64,000 nt of DNA from an uncultured bacterium (GCA_947428835.1 CANENE010000002.1:16901-80900), one strand, 5' to 3'; numbered from the stretch's first letter, positions 47,446-57,673 are shown. Program-made: numbers and translations. Notes: generated by a model from the letters alone, not told the origin.

Positions 47446-48234
47446 ATGTCTGTAAAATTTGAAAAATGGCAGGGACTCGGCAACGACTTTATAATTTTAT
47501 ATGATGATATTGCAACATCTGATTTGGCAATAAAAATGTGCGACAGAAACTTTGGTGTTGGAGCAGATGGTCTGTTTTGTCCGACAAAAAGTGATATCGC
47601 AGATATTGGCTGGAAGTTTTTTAATTCGGATGGCACAATTGCGCAGATGTGCGGAAACGGCATACGCTGTTTTGCAAAGTTTGCAAGAAAACAAGGGTTA
47701 ATTAATAAAGACAAATTTTCTGTTGAGACCCTGGCAGGTGTAAAGATGCCAACTATTCTTGAAAATGGAAATGTTCTTGTAGATATGGGAATTCCGAATT
47801 TCAAAAAAGAAGAAATTCCTGTTATATGTGATGATGTTTTAAATTTCACAGTTGAAGGATATGAAGCAAGTGCTGTTTCTATGGGAAATCCTCATTGTGT
47901 AATTTTCACAGATGAAGATGGTGAAAACCTTGCAAAAACCATAGGACCTAAAATTGAAATTAATCCGATGTTTCCTCAAAAAACCAATGTTGAATTTATA
48001 AATATAATTTCAAACAACAGAATTAAAATGAATGTGTGGGAAAGGGGCTGCGGTATAACTTTAGCCTGTGGTACTGGAGCCTGTGCAAGTGTCGCTGCGG
48101 GAGTCAAAAAAGGGCTTATTTCAAATATTGTTGATGTGGTTTTGCCGGGTGGCATTTTAAACATTGAATATAAAGACGATGAACATATTTATATGCAAGG
48201 AAGTGCAAATTTGAGTTTCATTGGTGAGTATTAA
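47446..48234 (+). CDS. dapF: Diaminopimelate epimerase
   Basis: FEKWQGLGNDFI, NSDGTIAQMCGNGIRC and ERGCGITLACGTGACA (both catalytic Cys motifs). Confidence 0.9.
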   Translation: MSVKFEKWQGLGNDFIILYDDIATSDLAIKMCDRNFGVGADGLFCPTKSDIADIGWKFFNSDGTIAQMCGNGIRCFAKFARKQGLINKDKFSVETLAGVKMPTILENGNVLVDMGIPNFKKEEIPVICDDVLNFTVEGYEASAVSMGNPHCVIFTDEDGENLAKTIGPKIEINPMFPQKTNVEFINIISNNRIKMNVWERGCGITLACGTGACASVAAGVKKGLISNIVDVVLPGGILNIEYKDDEHIYMQGSANLSFIGEY

Positions 48235-48322
48235 TAACTTTTAATATTTTCTTGTTTAAAAAATGTGTTTATGCTAACATTTCTTGGTATATTACAATTA
48301 ATCACCAAAAGAAAGGTTAAAA

Positions 48323-48613
48323 ATGACTAAATACGATTTATTCACAATAATTAAACCAAATCTTGATAACGATGAAGCAGATAAAGTTGTAGCTCGCGTT
48401 GAAGATGCAGTTAAAGCTCTTGGCGGTGAAGTATTTTCTTGTGATAAAGCAGGAAGAAAAAAACTTGCTTATGAAGTTGCAGGATATATGGACGGCTTCA
48501 TGGTAAATCAACTGGTATCTATTCCATCTGATAAAATAGTTGAATTCAAAAGACAACTTAAGCTTAATGATTCAATTATACGTACAATGTTTACAAAAAA
48601 GGAAAATGCGTAA
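48323..48613 (+). CDS. rpsF: 30S ribosomal protein S6
   Basis: Size, sequence pattern and the rpsF-ssb-rpsR gene order. Confidence 0.9.
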   Translation: MTKYDLFTIIKPNLDNDEADKVVARVEDAVKALGGEVFSCDKAGRKKLAYEVAGYMDGFMVNQLVSIPSDKIVEFKRQLKLNDSIIRTMFTKKENA

Positions 48614-49024
48614 ATGACTTTAGCAAAAGCTTTTGTAACAGGTGTTGTAACCAAGGCTCCTGAAAAAAGATTTACCCAAAATGATATGGCAATAGCTGCT
48701 TTTTCATTAAATATTGATGCAAATACAAATACGATTTTAAGAGTAACTGCTTTTGGTCAATTAGCTGAAACCGTTTCGAATATGGTGGCCGAAGGAGATA
48801 GCGTTGCTGTTGAAGGAAAGTTGCAGGTAAATTCTTATAAACTTCCAAATGGTAAAGATAAAAAAGTTTTTGAAATAAATGCAAGTGCAGTTGAAAAAAT
48901 GTCAGCTTCGGTGGTTTCATCAAATGCTTCAGGTTCTCAATCAACTGAACAAAATATTGTTACTTTTGATGAAGCGGTGGAAGCTTCAAATGATTTAATA
49001 GACGAAGATGAGATTCCATTTTAA
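48614..49024 (+). CDS. ssb: Single-stranded DNA-binding protein
   Basis: OB-fold N-domain and acidic C-terminal tip DEDEIPF. Confidence 0.85.
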   Translation: MTLAKAFVTGVVTKAPEKRFTQNDMAIAAFSLNIDANTNTILRVTAFGQLAETVSNMVAEGDSVAVEGKLQVNSYKLPNGKDKKVFEINASAVEKMSASVVSSNASGSQSTEQNIVTFDEAVEASNDLIDEDEIPF

Positions 49025-49102
49025 ATTGTAGAATAAATAAAACAAACAAAGGTCGTTTTAATATAAAATATTAATAAACTAGAAAAGGAAATTAAAATAA
49101 AA

Positions 49103-49336
49103 ATGGCTAAAGATTTAAAAGACTTAAAAAAGAAGAAAAATTGCACATTCTGTTCTGATAAAATCGATACATTAGATTATAAAGATGTATCAAAATTAAA
49201 AAGATATTTATCAGAAGCAGGTAAAATTCTTCCAAGAAGAATTACAGGCACATGTGCAAAACATCAAAGAATGTTATCTAATGCTGTTAAAAAAGCAAGA
49301 GAAGCAGCATTGTTAGATTACGTTTTTGAAAATTAG
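49103..49336 (+). CDS. rpsR: 30S ribosomal protein S18
   Basis: C.FC...[29 protein letters not shown] pattern. Confidence 0.9.
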   Translation: MAKDLKDLKKKKNCTFCSDKIDTLDYKDVSKLKRYLSEAGKILPRRITGTCAKHQRMLSNAVKKAREAALLDYVFEN

Positions 49337-49367
49337 TCTAAACATAGTTTAAGCACGATGATATCAA

Positions 49368-49400
49368 AAGACCGGCATTTATATGGTGCCGGTCTTTTTT
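49368..49400 (+). terminator. Rho-independent terminator of rpsR
   Basis: AAGACCGGCA-N8-TGCCGGTCTTTTTT. Confidence 0.8.
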
Positions 49401-49448
49401 ATTAAATTTTGTAACGAAAATATTTATTTTAATCAATTATTCAAAGAA

Positions 49449-49612
49449 AATATACTTTATATATATGTAAGATATAAATACTCCAATTTAGAGTTTAAAA
49501 AAGAATTATTTATAAAACTAATATCAACACTACAACTACACACTACTAACCTTTTCACACGAGAATCAAGCAAAAAGATTTTCAAAGACTTCGATAAAGA
49601 AGTCTTTTTTAT
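49449..49612 (+). ncRNA. Candidate small RNA, copy 2
   Basis: Same 24-nt 5' box as 38271, a CA-rich stretch (CAACACTACAACTACACACTACTAA), a near-identical 3' block CTTTTCACACGAGAATCAAGCAAAAAGATTTTCAA, and terminator AGACTTC-N6-GAAGTCT plus T6. Confidence 0.35.
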
Positions 49613-49734
49613 TGTCTAAATAATCTAAAAAAAGGACTATTGCATAAATAAAATAAAAAAAGCGATAGCCCAAAAACGAATAAGTAGAGAGTTAAGAAGT
49701 AAAGCTAGACTTCTTTTCCTGTATCAAAAACTTT

Positions 49735-50043
49735 TTATTTAGTCTTATTTTCAAGTTGTTTAATTGTTGATAATAGTTTTTTAATTTCTTTATCTTTTTG
49801 CTTAATGAGCATGGATTTATTTTTTATAATTTCTCCAAAAGAGTTTATAATAAATTCGTGTCTTGTGTGCGCATTATATGCCTTAAACAGCTCTGTCAGG
49901 CGATTTGAGACTGTAGAAGGGGAATAATTAAATTTCTTTGCAATTTGAGAAATTGTGAATCCTTGAAATACGCATTTGGCAATGAGTTTGCGCTCTTGAG
50001 CATACTCTTTTTTTAAGTTTTTTTTCATAATTTGGCAATCCAT
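49735..50043 (-). CDS. Small HTH protein (LuxR/sigma-70 region-4-like)
   Basis: GFTISQIAKKFNYSPSTVSNRLTELFKAY helix-turn-helix. Divergent from an XRE gene. Confidence 0.55.
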   Translation of the reverse strand: MDCQIMKKNLKKEYAQERKLIAKCVFQGFTISQIAKKFNYSPSTVSNRLTELFKAYNAHTRHEFIINSFGEIIKNKSMLIKQKDKEIKKLLSTIKQLENKTK

Positions 50044-50162
50044 AAAAATAATACTGTAAATAATTAATTTATTATGTTATAATGTAATTGACTTTATATA
50101 AGTAGAGTATATCAAGAATTGACTGATGTCAAGTATTTTTTGTACAATGTTAAGGTTTTGTA

Positions 50163-50459
50163 ATGAAAGCACTTGGAACAAGATTTAAATATGTAAGAAA
50201 GTTATTAAACAAGTCACAAGAAGAGCTTGCGACAGATTTTAGTGTGACAAAACAAGCAATTTCAAATATTGAAACTTGCAAATGTTTTCCAAGCATCCCT
50301 CTGTTATACAAGCTTGCAAACGATTATGATGTTAATCTTAACTATCTTGTATTAGGTAAAGGTGATATTTTCATAGTTAAAGAAAAGACTTACCAATCCC
50401 TTAGAGAGACTCTTATACAAGAGGTTGAGACGATTCTAAATGCAAGAGGTATAAAATAG
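50163..50459 (+). CDS. XRE-family HTH regulator, long-class relative with no adjacent pilin-like gene
   Basis: HTH (LLNKSQEELATDFSVTKQAISNIE) and an NLNYLVLGKGDIF motif related to the cassette regulators. Upstream TTGACT-18-TACAAT. Confidence 0.8.
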   Translation: MKALGTRFKYVRKLLNKSQEELATDFSVTKQAISNIETCKCFPSIPLLYKLANDYDVNLNYLVLGKGDIFIVKEKTYQSLRETLIQEVETILNARGIK

Positions 50460-50568
50460 TTTTCTTAAGTTTTGTAACACTTTTTACACAAATGCTCTTT
50501 TTTTCTTAAGTTATTGAAAAAAAATCCGTAATACTTATAAGAAAAGAAAATTGTGTAAGGAGATTGCT

Positions 50569-50754
50569 ATGGCAAGAATTGAACAAAAAACTGCACATGC
50601 AAATGATACTGTGTTGAAATATGGTGTAAGAGAATCAATGGCTGCTATTGAACTTAGAGATGTTGAATTTGTTGAGTTTGAAAATCGCATGCGTGAACTT
50701 AAATTTTCAAAAAAAGAAGCGAAAAATACCTGGAGAATTTTATCAGGCAGGTAA
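50569..50754 (+). CDS. Small hypothetical protein (61 aa)
   Basis: ATG preceded by AAGGAG at a 6-nt spacing. No motif recognised. Confidence 0.45.
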   Translation: MARIEQKTAHANDTVLKYGVRESMAAIELRDVEFVEFENRMRELKFSKKEAKNTWRILSGR

Positions 50755-51016
50755 TTTAAAAAATAATTGTGCATCGTTAAAGTATGAAAAAGAAAATGCC
50801 TTAAACTGTGTGAAGTTTAGGGTATTTTAATATGTGAAAATGATAGTATATGTAACAATTTAGTAATAAATTTGCAATACTATTTGTTTTTATGTAATAA
50901 TATTTTCAGTTAATAGTCTAACCATTCCTTTCTTGACTTATGCGGTTTGTATAAACCGCATTATTTTTATCAAAAATTCCTGAATTTATTTTATTTTTTT
51001 ATGTTAAAATACTTGT

Positions 51017-51370
51017 ATGTTTAATGAGTTTTTATATGCGAAGATACATAGAGCTACAGTAACTGAAGCTAATTTAGATTACGTTGGCTCAATTACAATA
51101 GATAAAACATTGCTTGAAAAGGCAGGTATAAAGCAAAACCAAAAAGTAGAGATTTTGAATATAAATAATGGTGAAAGATTTTCAACTTATGTAATAGAAG
51201 GTGAAGCAAACTCGGGCATTATTTGCCTAAATGGTGCTGCTGCAAGAAAAGCTCAGGTAAAAGATAAAGTAATAATAGTATCCTATGCTTTTTTAGATGA
51301 AAAAGAGCAGCAAAACCATCAGCCAAAAATTGTCCATGTTGATGAAAAAAATAGAATTATTAATTTATAA
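51017..51370 (+). CDS. panD: Aspartate 1-decarboxylase
   Basis: [21 protein letters not shown] including the Gly-Ser self-processing site. Confidence 0.9.
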   Translation: MFNEFLYAKIHRATVTEANLDYVGSITIDKTLLEKAGIKQNQKVEILNINNGERFSTYVIEGEANSGIICLNGAAARKAQVKDKVIIVSYAFLDEKEQQNHQPKIVHVDEKNRIINL

Positions 51371-51371
51371 T

Positions 51372-51896
51372 TTAATAAACATCAGAGCTATCAGATTCTT
51401 CTTCATCTTCTCTTAATGAGGATAAATCGTAGTTATAAGTACAATCAAAGTCTTCGGGGAGCTTTTCAATTTCAGGCCAAACAGTACCTTCATCAAATCT
51501 GCAGGAATCAAGATTTTCGCTTGTTGAAAAGTCGCTATCTGTTAAATCGGCTTCCTGAAAGCTGGCACCCGCCATATCTGCATCTGAAAAATTGCAGAAA
51601 TGAACCTGAGCATAATTAAAAACAGTTCCATTTAAAATGGCGCCCGTGAATGAGCATTCAGTTAAATTTGACCTTGAAAAATCAACACTTGTAAGATCGC
51701 AGTCATCAAATTTGCAGTTTTCAAGCGTTCCTTCAAGAAATGTTGAACCTGAAAAATCTATATTTGCGAAATCCATATCGACAAGATTTGCTCTTGAAAA
51801 ATCAGCCTCGAGGATTTCTATATTATTATCTTCGTTATGAAGTTTTGCAAATTCTTCTTTATTTTCAAGTATTAATTCAACTAAATTATCTTTCAT
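51372..51896 (-). CDS. Pentapeptide repeat protein with an acidic tail
   Basis: Tandem A(D/N)LXX units (ANLVDMDFANIDFSGSTF...). Confidence 0.85.
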   Translation of the reverse strand: MKDNLVELILENKEEFAKLHNEDNNIEILEADFSRANLVDMDFANIDFSGSTFLEGTLENCKFDDCDLTSVDFSRSNLTECSFTGAILNGTVFNYAQVHFCNFSDADMAGASFQEADLTDSDFSTSENLDSCRFDEGTVWPEIEKLPEDFDCTYNYDLSSLREDEEESDSSDVY

Positions 51897-51911
51897 TTTA
51901 TATTGTCCTTT

Positions 51912-52532
51912 TTATATAATTTCCGTTTGTTGTGCAAGCAATACTGCTTGAATTCTATTTTCTACTTTTAATTTCTTATAGATATTATTAAGATGTGTTT
52001 TGATGGTAACTTCTCTTACAAAAAGCTTTTGTGCTATTTGAGAATTTGTCTGCCCTTTGGATACGAGGGATAAGATTTCTTTTTCTCTGGTAGTCAGTGG
52101 AGAAATTTTATCTCCTTTGACAAAGGATAAGACGTTTTTTTGTCTTTCTTCTTTATTCCACGAAGAGCGCCTTAATAACGCCTCGATTCTTGCAAGCAGA
52201 TTTGGAAGTATAAACGGCTTTACCACATAATCGTCTGCTCCAAACTTAAGCCCTGCTGTTTGTTTGTTGCTATCTGTAACGGAAGTTAGCATAATAATCG
52301 GAATTTTTTCGGTTTTTGGATTTTTTCTGATGGCACTCAGCGTTTCCCAGCCATCCAAATTTGGCATCATAACATCAAGCAGAATTAAATCAAAATTGCT
52401 GTCCTCATCAAGCGCTTTAAGCCCTAAAAGCCCGTCTGTTGCGCTTTTAACTTCATAACCATACATAGGAAGAGCATCTTCCATTAGCTTTGGATTATCG
52501 TCTATGATTAAAATTCTTGCCATCAAAGACAT
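51912..52532 (-). CDS. Response regulator, NarL/LuxR-type output domain (orphan, no adjacent kinase)
   Basis: Receiver domain (ILIIDD...DLILLDVMMP...KP) plus LTTREKEILSLVSKGQTNSQIAQKLFVREVTIKTHLNNIYKKL. Confidence 0.9.
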   Translation of the reverse strand: MSLMARILIIDDNPKLMEDALPMYGYEVKSATDGLLGLKALDEDSNFDLILLDVMMPNLDGWETLSAIRKNPKTEKIPIIMLTSVTDSNKQTAGLKFGADDYVVKPFILPNLLARIEALLRRSSWNKEERQKNVLSFVKGDKISPLTTREKEILSLVSKGQTNSQIAQKLFVREVTIKTHLNNIYKKLKVENRIQAVLLAQQTEII

Positions 52533-52643
52533 TAGATAAAAATTCCTTGTGCGTCCTCTACTTGTTTGTAATTATAAATTAATTTAATAATAAATTGCAA
52601 TATCTTGTAGTTTTTGTTAAGTTATTAGTATGAGAGGTAAATT

Positions 52644-52925
52644 ATGATTACTATAAAAGATGTAGAACATGTTGCAAAACTTGCAAGATTGGAATTAACT
52701 GAAGAAGAAAAACAAAAATTCACCGGCCAGTTGGGTGATGTTTTAAAACATGTTGAAATGATGAATGAGGTTGATACAACAAATGTCGAACCTATGAACC
52801 ATCCGATAGATTTCTCTAACGTTATGAGGGCGGACAATCCGATTTATGAAAATACAAGAGAAGAACTTATGCAAAATGCACCGGATAGTGAAGGTGATTT
52901 TTTCAAAGTTCCAAAAATTAATTAA
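52644..52925 (+). CDS. gatC: Asp/Glu-tRNA amidotransferase subunit C
   Basis: VEHVAKLARLELTEEEKQKFTGQLGDVLKHVE pattern. 93 aa. Confidence 0.9.
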   Translation: MITIKDVEHVAKLARLELTEEEKQKFTGQLGDVLKHVEMMNEVDTTNVEPMNHPIDFSNVMRADNPIYENTREELMQNAPDSEGDFFKVPKIN

Positions 52926-52946
52926 AACTACACTTAAGGAAAAATA

Positions 52947-54575
52947 ATGACAAAATATATTTTTATAACAGGCGGCGTTGTAAGTTCCCTTGGAAAGGGA
53001 ATTGTAGCTGCCTCTCTTGGTAGGTTACTGGTTTCGCGCGGATTTAGTGTTACAATTCAAAAATTTGACCCTTATATAAATGTGGACCCCGGTACTATGA
53101 GTCCTTTCCAACACGGAGAAGTATTTGTTTGTGAAGATGGAGCAGAAACTGATCTTGATTTAGGGCATTATGAAAGATTTATTGATACATACCTTTCGCA
53201 GGCAAATAATGTAACATCAGGAAGTGTTTATCAAACTGTAATAAATAAAGAAAGACGTGGCGAATACTTGGGCGCTACTGTTCAGATGATTCCTCATATT
53301 ACAGGTGAAATTAAATCCCGTCTTATTATGGCATCAAAAAGAACAAACCCCGATTTTTTAATAGCAGAAGTCGGTGGAACCATAGGCGACATTGAAGGGC
53401 TTCCATATATAGAAGCAATCCGCCAGTTTAGATCCGAAATCGGTTATAGAAATTCAATGTCAATCCATGTGACTTTGCTTCCCTATCTTCCTACATCAGG
53501 AGAGCTTAAAACAAAGCCTTCTCAGCATAGTGTAAATGTTTTAAGAAGCTATGGAATACAGCCTGAAATGCTTGTATTAAGAACACAGGTTCCTGTTGGA
53601 AAAACAGAAAAAGACAAGCTTGCGTTATTTTGTTCGATGGATAAAAATTGTGTTATTGAATGTAAAGATATGAAATCTATCTATGAAGTGCCACTGGCGC
53701 TTGAAGCGCAAAATATGACAAGCGAAGTTTTGAAAATATTAGATGTTGAAGACAGACCCTCTAATCTTGATGACTGGAAAGAATTGGTTCACAAAATCAA
53801 AAACCCAAAAAGCGAAATAACAATAGGATTGGCCGGAAAATATACGGAATTAAACGATGCTTATATTTCTGTTGTTGAAAGCTTAAAACATGCCGGGCTT
53901 AAGTTTGATACAAAAGTCAATATCAAATGGATTGCTTCAGAAGAAATTGTAGATGACAAAGAAGCTGCCTCGCATCTTGCCGATGTGGATGGTATTGTAG
54001 TCCCCGGGGGTTTTGGAGTGAGGGGAATTGAAGGCAAATTAAAAGTAATTAAATATGCAAGAGAAAATAATATTCCATATTTGGGCTTGTGTTTAGGAAT
54101 GCAATGCGCTGTTATTGAATTTGCAAGAAATATGGCAGGGCTTGAAAATGCCAATTCAACAGAATTTGATAAAAATACTAAACATAAAGTAGTTGATCTT
54201 ATGGAAGAACAAAAAAACATAGCAGGCTACGGTGCCACTATGCGTCTTGGCTCTTACCCTTGTAAGATTGAAAAGAACACAAAGGCATTTTCTGCTTATA
54301 ATAAAGAATTAATTTTAGAGCGCCACAGACACAGATTTGAATTTAACCATGAATATAAAGAAGCTCTTGAAAAAGCAGGGCTTAAGATTTCAGGAACAAG
54401 CCCTGACGGCTTGCTTGCTGAAATTGTTGAATATCCTAAAAATGATTGGTTTGTGGCATGTCAATTCCATCCGGAATTTAAATCCCGCCCGCAAAATCCT
54501 CATCCTTTATTTTTGGGACTTATGGAAAACGCTGTCAAAAGAAATAGAAATATTAATAAGCAGTTTGCTATTTAA
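52947..54575 (+). CDS. pyrG: CTP synthase
   Basis: [17 protein letters not shown]-terminus and glutamine amidotransferase GLCLGMQ / HRHRFE motifs. Confidence 0.95.
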   Translation: MTKYIFITGGVVSSLGKGIVAASLGRLLVSRGFSVTIQKFDPYINVDPGTMSPFQHGEVFVCEDGAETDLDLGHYERFIDTYLSQANNVTSGSVYQTVINKERRGEYLGATVQMIPHITGEIKSRLIMASKRTNPDFLIAEVGGTIGDIEGLPYIEAIRQFRSEIGYRNSMSIHVTLLPYLPTSGELKTKPSQHSVNVLRSYGIQPEMLVLRTQVPVGKTEKDKLALFCSMDKNCVIECKDMKSIYEVPLALEAQNMTSEVLKILDVEDRPSNLDDWKELVHKIKNPKSEITIGLAGKYTELNDAYISVVESLKHAGLKFDTKVNIKWIASEEIVDDKEAASHLADVDGIVVPGGFGVRGIEGKLKVIKYARENNIPYLGLCLGMQCAVIEFARNMAGLENANSTEFDKNTKHKVVDLMEEQKNIAGYGATMRLGSYPCKIEKNTKAFSAYNKELILERHRHRFEFNHEYKEALEKAGLKISGTSPDGLLAEIVEYPKNDWFVACQFHPEFKSRPQNPHPLFLGLMENAVKRNRNINKQFAI

Positions 54576-54786
54576 ATTTAAAAATGCTATAAGGTTCGAT
54601 TTTTAGTGCATTTGCAAGTTTAAGGATAGTTTTAAGGCCGGGCTTATTTATGCATACTTCAATTTTGCCTAAATAGTCCAAACTTATGCCTGATTTTTCG
54701 GCTAATTTTTCTTGTGTAAAACCGGCTTTTTCTCTAAGCTGTTTTATTCTTGTACCTAGTTTTTGATAAAAAATCGCTTCTTCCAT
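54568..54786 (-). CDS. XRE-family HTH regulator, short class (cassette 3)
   Basis: 72 aa. [33 protein letters not shown]. Divergent from P3. Confidence 0.8.
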   Translation of the reverse strand: MEEAIFYQKLGTRIKQLREKAGFTQEKLAEKSGISLDYLGKIEVCINKPGLKTILKLANALKIEPYSIFKFK

Positions 54787-54795
54787 ATTTAAACT

Positions 54796-54839
54796 TTACT
54801 GGAAAATATAACATATTTTTACTGGACATTTTCCAGTAA
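54796..54839. promoter_or_regulatory. Operator-like inverted repeat TTACTGGA-N5-TCCAGTAA plus an upstream half-site
   Basis: Inverted repeat at 54819-54839 and an extra TTACTGGAA at 54796-54804, in the XRE/P3 intergenic region. Confidence 0.4.
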
Positions 54840-54885
54840 GTAGGGTATTATTTTTTGTAAGTAATCTTCACAAAAGGAATTTCAA

Positions 54886-56466
54886 ATGAAAAATACAATT
54901 AAACAAGCTTTCAGCTTGATTGAATTATTGGTAACGTTAATTATAATTTCTCTGTTAATAGGAGCATTCACACCAATTATTACAAAGAAATTAAAGGCAA
55001 GCGACGTTGCTGTCGGAAGTTTTAGTGCAGGCAGCAAGAACGATAACAGCAACAACATTGATAAAATTGTAATCAGAGATGTAACGGAAGAAGATTGTAA
55101 AAAAATCGGCGCATTATATATTTCTGCACAAATAAACGGAGGAAAAAATATATGTGTTACAAAATATAATGTAGGCGATGGCGATATTCCAATTGCAGAT
55201 ACTGTTAATGTTTCAAAAACCGGAGTTATTTGCCAAGATAAAGAAAACTGCTGTTATCAAGGAACTACATCAAATAATTGCGGTGGAACAAATGGTGATA
55301 GCAGCTATAATCCTTGTACAAGAACAGTGTGCGGCTGGAAGGCTGCATACGATTCTTGTGAAGCCTATAAAACAAATCCGGGTGGAAGATGGCGTCTTCC
55401 TACATTTGATGAATATAGTAATTGGGGCAAGAATTTCAGCACTTTGCAATTTTATAAAGGTGTAGGTGGTTTGCAACTTTGTGATGGGCATCAAAATTAT
55501 ACAAATTCCATGTTTTGTAATTATCATAATACTTGTCTTCCAACGGAAGGAAATTATAGCTGCTGGCCTCATGACCATTGGACAAATAATGTTGCGGATG
55601 CAACAGGTCAAAACTATTATTCGGCAGAGTTGGATTTATTTAAAAGCAATAATTTTATTAAAAAGAGTTTTTCAAAGCGTTCTGCTTTGTCTACTCGTTG
55701 TGTGCTCGATATGATTGTTGAAGGAGTTGAAGAACCTAAGCAAGATGATGACGGGCTTGAATATCGCGAACCCAAAAATCAAGCCGATTGCGATCCTTAT
55801 GATTCGATGTTTTTAGATAAAAAATACGTTGGCGGCGAAAAGAACCTTTGCATGATGAGATATAATATGGGCGATGGTACAATTACCCGTCTGACGGATA
55901 GTGACTTTTGGAATGTAGATGCAGGCGTTTTGTCTGTCGCTGGTGGGGTCGCAGGTAATCAATATTGGTGCTGGAAATATAGCGGAAGTTCTAATGCTAA
56001 TCAAACAGGTACCGGCGGTACATTCTATACCAGATATAGAGGCACAGCAAGGACTGTATGTGCATATGGCGGTGCAAATCTTTTGTGCGGCGGATGGCAC
56101 CATTACAAAACAAGGGAAGGATACTGGAGACTATTAAATTCAAATGAAGCAAAAGGTCTTGTAGAAACTTTAAAAACAGAAACAGCTGATAACCATTCTT
56201 TTAATCGTTGGTTACAAATTGGTGGGCTAAATTTGTGTAATGAAGGCAATGCAACCGATGGACTTGAAAGATGTGCATCTGTGGCAAATTGCAAAAGTGT
56301 CATGCCTAGTAATAACCGTTGTTACCCTTCGTACGTATGGGTTAGTCCGCAAGAAAACGGTTCCGGTTATTATTTCGGTTATAACGGGGCAAGTTTGGTT
56401 AATTCTTCAATTGCAATAGGAAACGCGCTTTCTGTAAGATGTGTAACTGATAAAATCTTAAAATAA
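54886..56466 (+). CDS. Prepilin-N-terminus protein with two DUF1566/FISUMP-like Cys-rich modules (P3, 526 aa, most divergent)
   Basis: MKNTIKQA then FSLIELLVTLIIISLLIGAFTPIITKKLKAS. Module 1 has KNICVTKYNVGD, CCYQG, CTRTVCGWKAAYDSCEAY, RWRLPT, GLQLC and STRCVLD. Module 2 ends SVRCVTD. Confidence 0.85.
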   Translation: MKNTIKQAFSLIELLVTLIIISLLIGAFTPIITKKLKASDVAVGSFSAGSKNDNSNNIDKIVIRDVTEEDCKKIGALYISAQINGGKNICVTKYNVGDGDIPIADTVNVSKTGVICQDKENCCYQGTTSNNCGGTNGDSSYNPCTRTVCGWKAAYDSCEAYKTNPGGRWRLPTFDEYSNWGKNFSTLQFYKGVGGLQLCDGHQNYTNSMFCNYHNTCLPTEGNYSCWPHDHWTNNVADATGQNYYSAELDLFKSNNFIKKSFSKRSALSTRCVLDMIVEGVEEPKQDDDGLEYREPKNQADCDPYDSMFLDKKYVGGEKNLCMMRYNMGDGTITRLTDSDFWNVDAGVLSVAGGVAGNQYWCWKYSGSSNANQTGTGGTFYTRYRGTARTVCAYGGANLLCGGWHHYKTREGYWRLLNSNEAKGLVETLKTETADNHSFNRWLQIGGLNLCNEGNATDGLERCASVANCKSVMPSNNRCYPSYVWVSPQENGSGYYFGYNGASLVNSSIAIGNALSVRCVTDKILK

Positions 56467-56471
56467 ATTCA

Positions 56472-56524
56472 TGTTATTTTTTGTGTTAGATTGAGGCTTT
56501 TTCTTTGATTGAGCCTCTTTTTTT
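56472..56524 (+). terminator. Conserved 3' box plus rho-independent terminator
   Basis: TGTTATTTTTTGTGTTAGATT, then GAGGCT-N13-AGCCTC plus T7. The stem sequence differs from the other copies. Confidence 0.7.
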
Positions 56525-56542
56525 AAAAAAGCTTTTTAATTT

Positions 56543-56684
56543 GTCGCCCTGAACTCGTTTCATGGTCTAACCAGGTCTGTGGCGTTACATCTTTTTTACA
56601 TACCAACACCTCAGATGCTGAAACAAGTTCAGCATGACGTAGCGCGTATATTAATGTTTCAATTTGTCACGGCGAGTGATTATA
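56543..56684. repeat. REP/MITE-like composite repeat, copy C (L, R, third box)
   Basis: L is GTCGCCCTGAACTCGTTTCATGGTCTAACC (56543-56572). R is CACCTCAGATGCTGAAACAAGTTCAGCATGACG (56607-56639). GTCACGGCGAGTGA at 56666-56679. Confidence 0.8.
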
Positions 56685-56688
56685 CAGC

Positions 56689-57381
56689 TTATCTAACTTT
56701 AAATTTCAACTTAACTACATTAAGCATAGCTTCAATAAAAATTCTGCTATTCATTTTAGAGTTCCCAAGCTTTCTGTCTTCAAAAATAATTGGAAATTCT
56801 TTATATTTTAAGCCTGCACGATGAGCTTTATATTTCATCTCAATTTGAAAAGAGTAACCGTTTGAAATAATATTATCTAAATCAATCTTATTTAGTGTTT
56901 CAAACTTATACCCGTTGAACCCTCCTGTTAAATCCTTAATCGGACAGTTTAAGATGGTTCTTGCATAAAGTGAGCCGCATTTTGAAATAATTTTTCTAAA
57001 AAACGGCCAATTGCTGACTCCGCCCTCTTCAACATTTCTTGAGGCTACAACGAAATCATTGTCTTTTAGATATTCAATCATATCAGGCAAATATTTCGGA
57101 TTATGTGAAAAATCGGCATCCATTTGGATAAATGCGTCATAGCCAAGACTTTGCCCCAATTTAAAGCCATCAATATAAGCACTTGCAAGCCCTAATTTTC
57201 CTTGTCTTTTTAGGATATTAACACCTTCTATTTTAGCGTCTTTAACAATTTGTGCAGTATTATCGGGGGAATTATCATCAACAATAAGAATATCGCAGTC
57301 GTATACTTTTTTGATTTCACCAATAAGCTCAATTATATTTAAAGCCTCGTTATATGTAGGAATTATAATAAGTAGTCTCAT
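56689..57381 (-). CDS. Polyprenol-phosphate mannose/glucose synthase (Dpm1-like GT2)
   Basis: LIIIPTYNEALNI, ILIVDDNSPDNT and QMDADFSHNP motifs. 230 aa, no TM. Confidence 0.85.
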   Translation of the reverse strand: MRLLIIIPTYNEALNIIELIGEIKKVYDCDILIVDDNSPDNTAQIVKDAKIEGVNILKRQGKLGLASAYIDGFKLGQSLGYDAFIQMDADFSHNPKYLPDMIEYLKDNDFVVASRNVEEGGVSNWPFFRKIISKCGSLYARTILNCPIKDLTGGFNGYKFETLNKIDLDNIISNGYSFQIEMKYKAHRAGLKYKEFPIIFEDRKLGNSKMNSRIFIEAMLNVVKLKFKVR

Positions 57382-57673
57382 ATCTAAATTCTAATATATA
57401 AAAGGCTTTTAGAGAATATATTAAGTTATATTACAAAAAGTATATACTCAAAGTCAATTTTTTGAAGCAAAATTACTTTATTAGAATATAAGAAAACGAT
57501 AGAATTGAAAGTTAAAAAGCCTAAGAGAATTTAAATAAGGCACCAAAAATTAAACAGTATTTTTTATACAACGAAGGATAATAAAACAGATATTTTTTAC
57601 TCTCTCTCTTGATATCCTCGTGTTTATAAATGTTTGGCACAAGTCAAACATTTTTTTTGTCTAAAAATTGATT

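Noticed and set aside
49383-49619. 78-aa ORF downstream of rpsR
   Set aside because: It starts inside the rpsR terminator hairpin, has no RBS, and has AT-rich low-complexity composition. The region is better explained as the second copy of the repeated RNA-like element.
50939-50966. Hairpin ATGCGGTTT-N4-AAACCGCAT plus T-run upstream of panD, considered as a riboswitch or sRNA
   Set aside because: It is most simply the terminator for the upstream small-ORF transcript, and no conserved riboswitch-like core was recognised.
57382-57673. 292-nt gap with a terminator-like hairpin (TGTTTG-N8-CAAACA plus T8 at about 57630-57658), considered as another sRNA
   Set aside because: There is no second copy, no clear promoter and no conserved block. 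A sequence loosely resembling the sRNA 3' block (ACACGAGGATATCAAGA on the minus strand) is too short to call.
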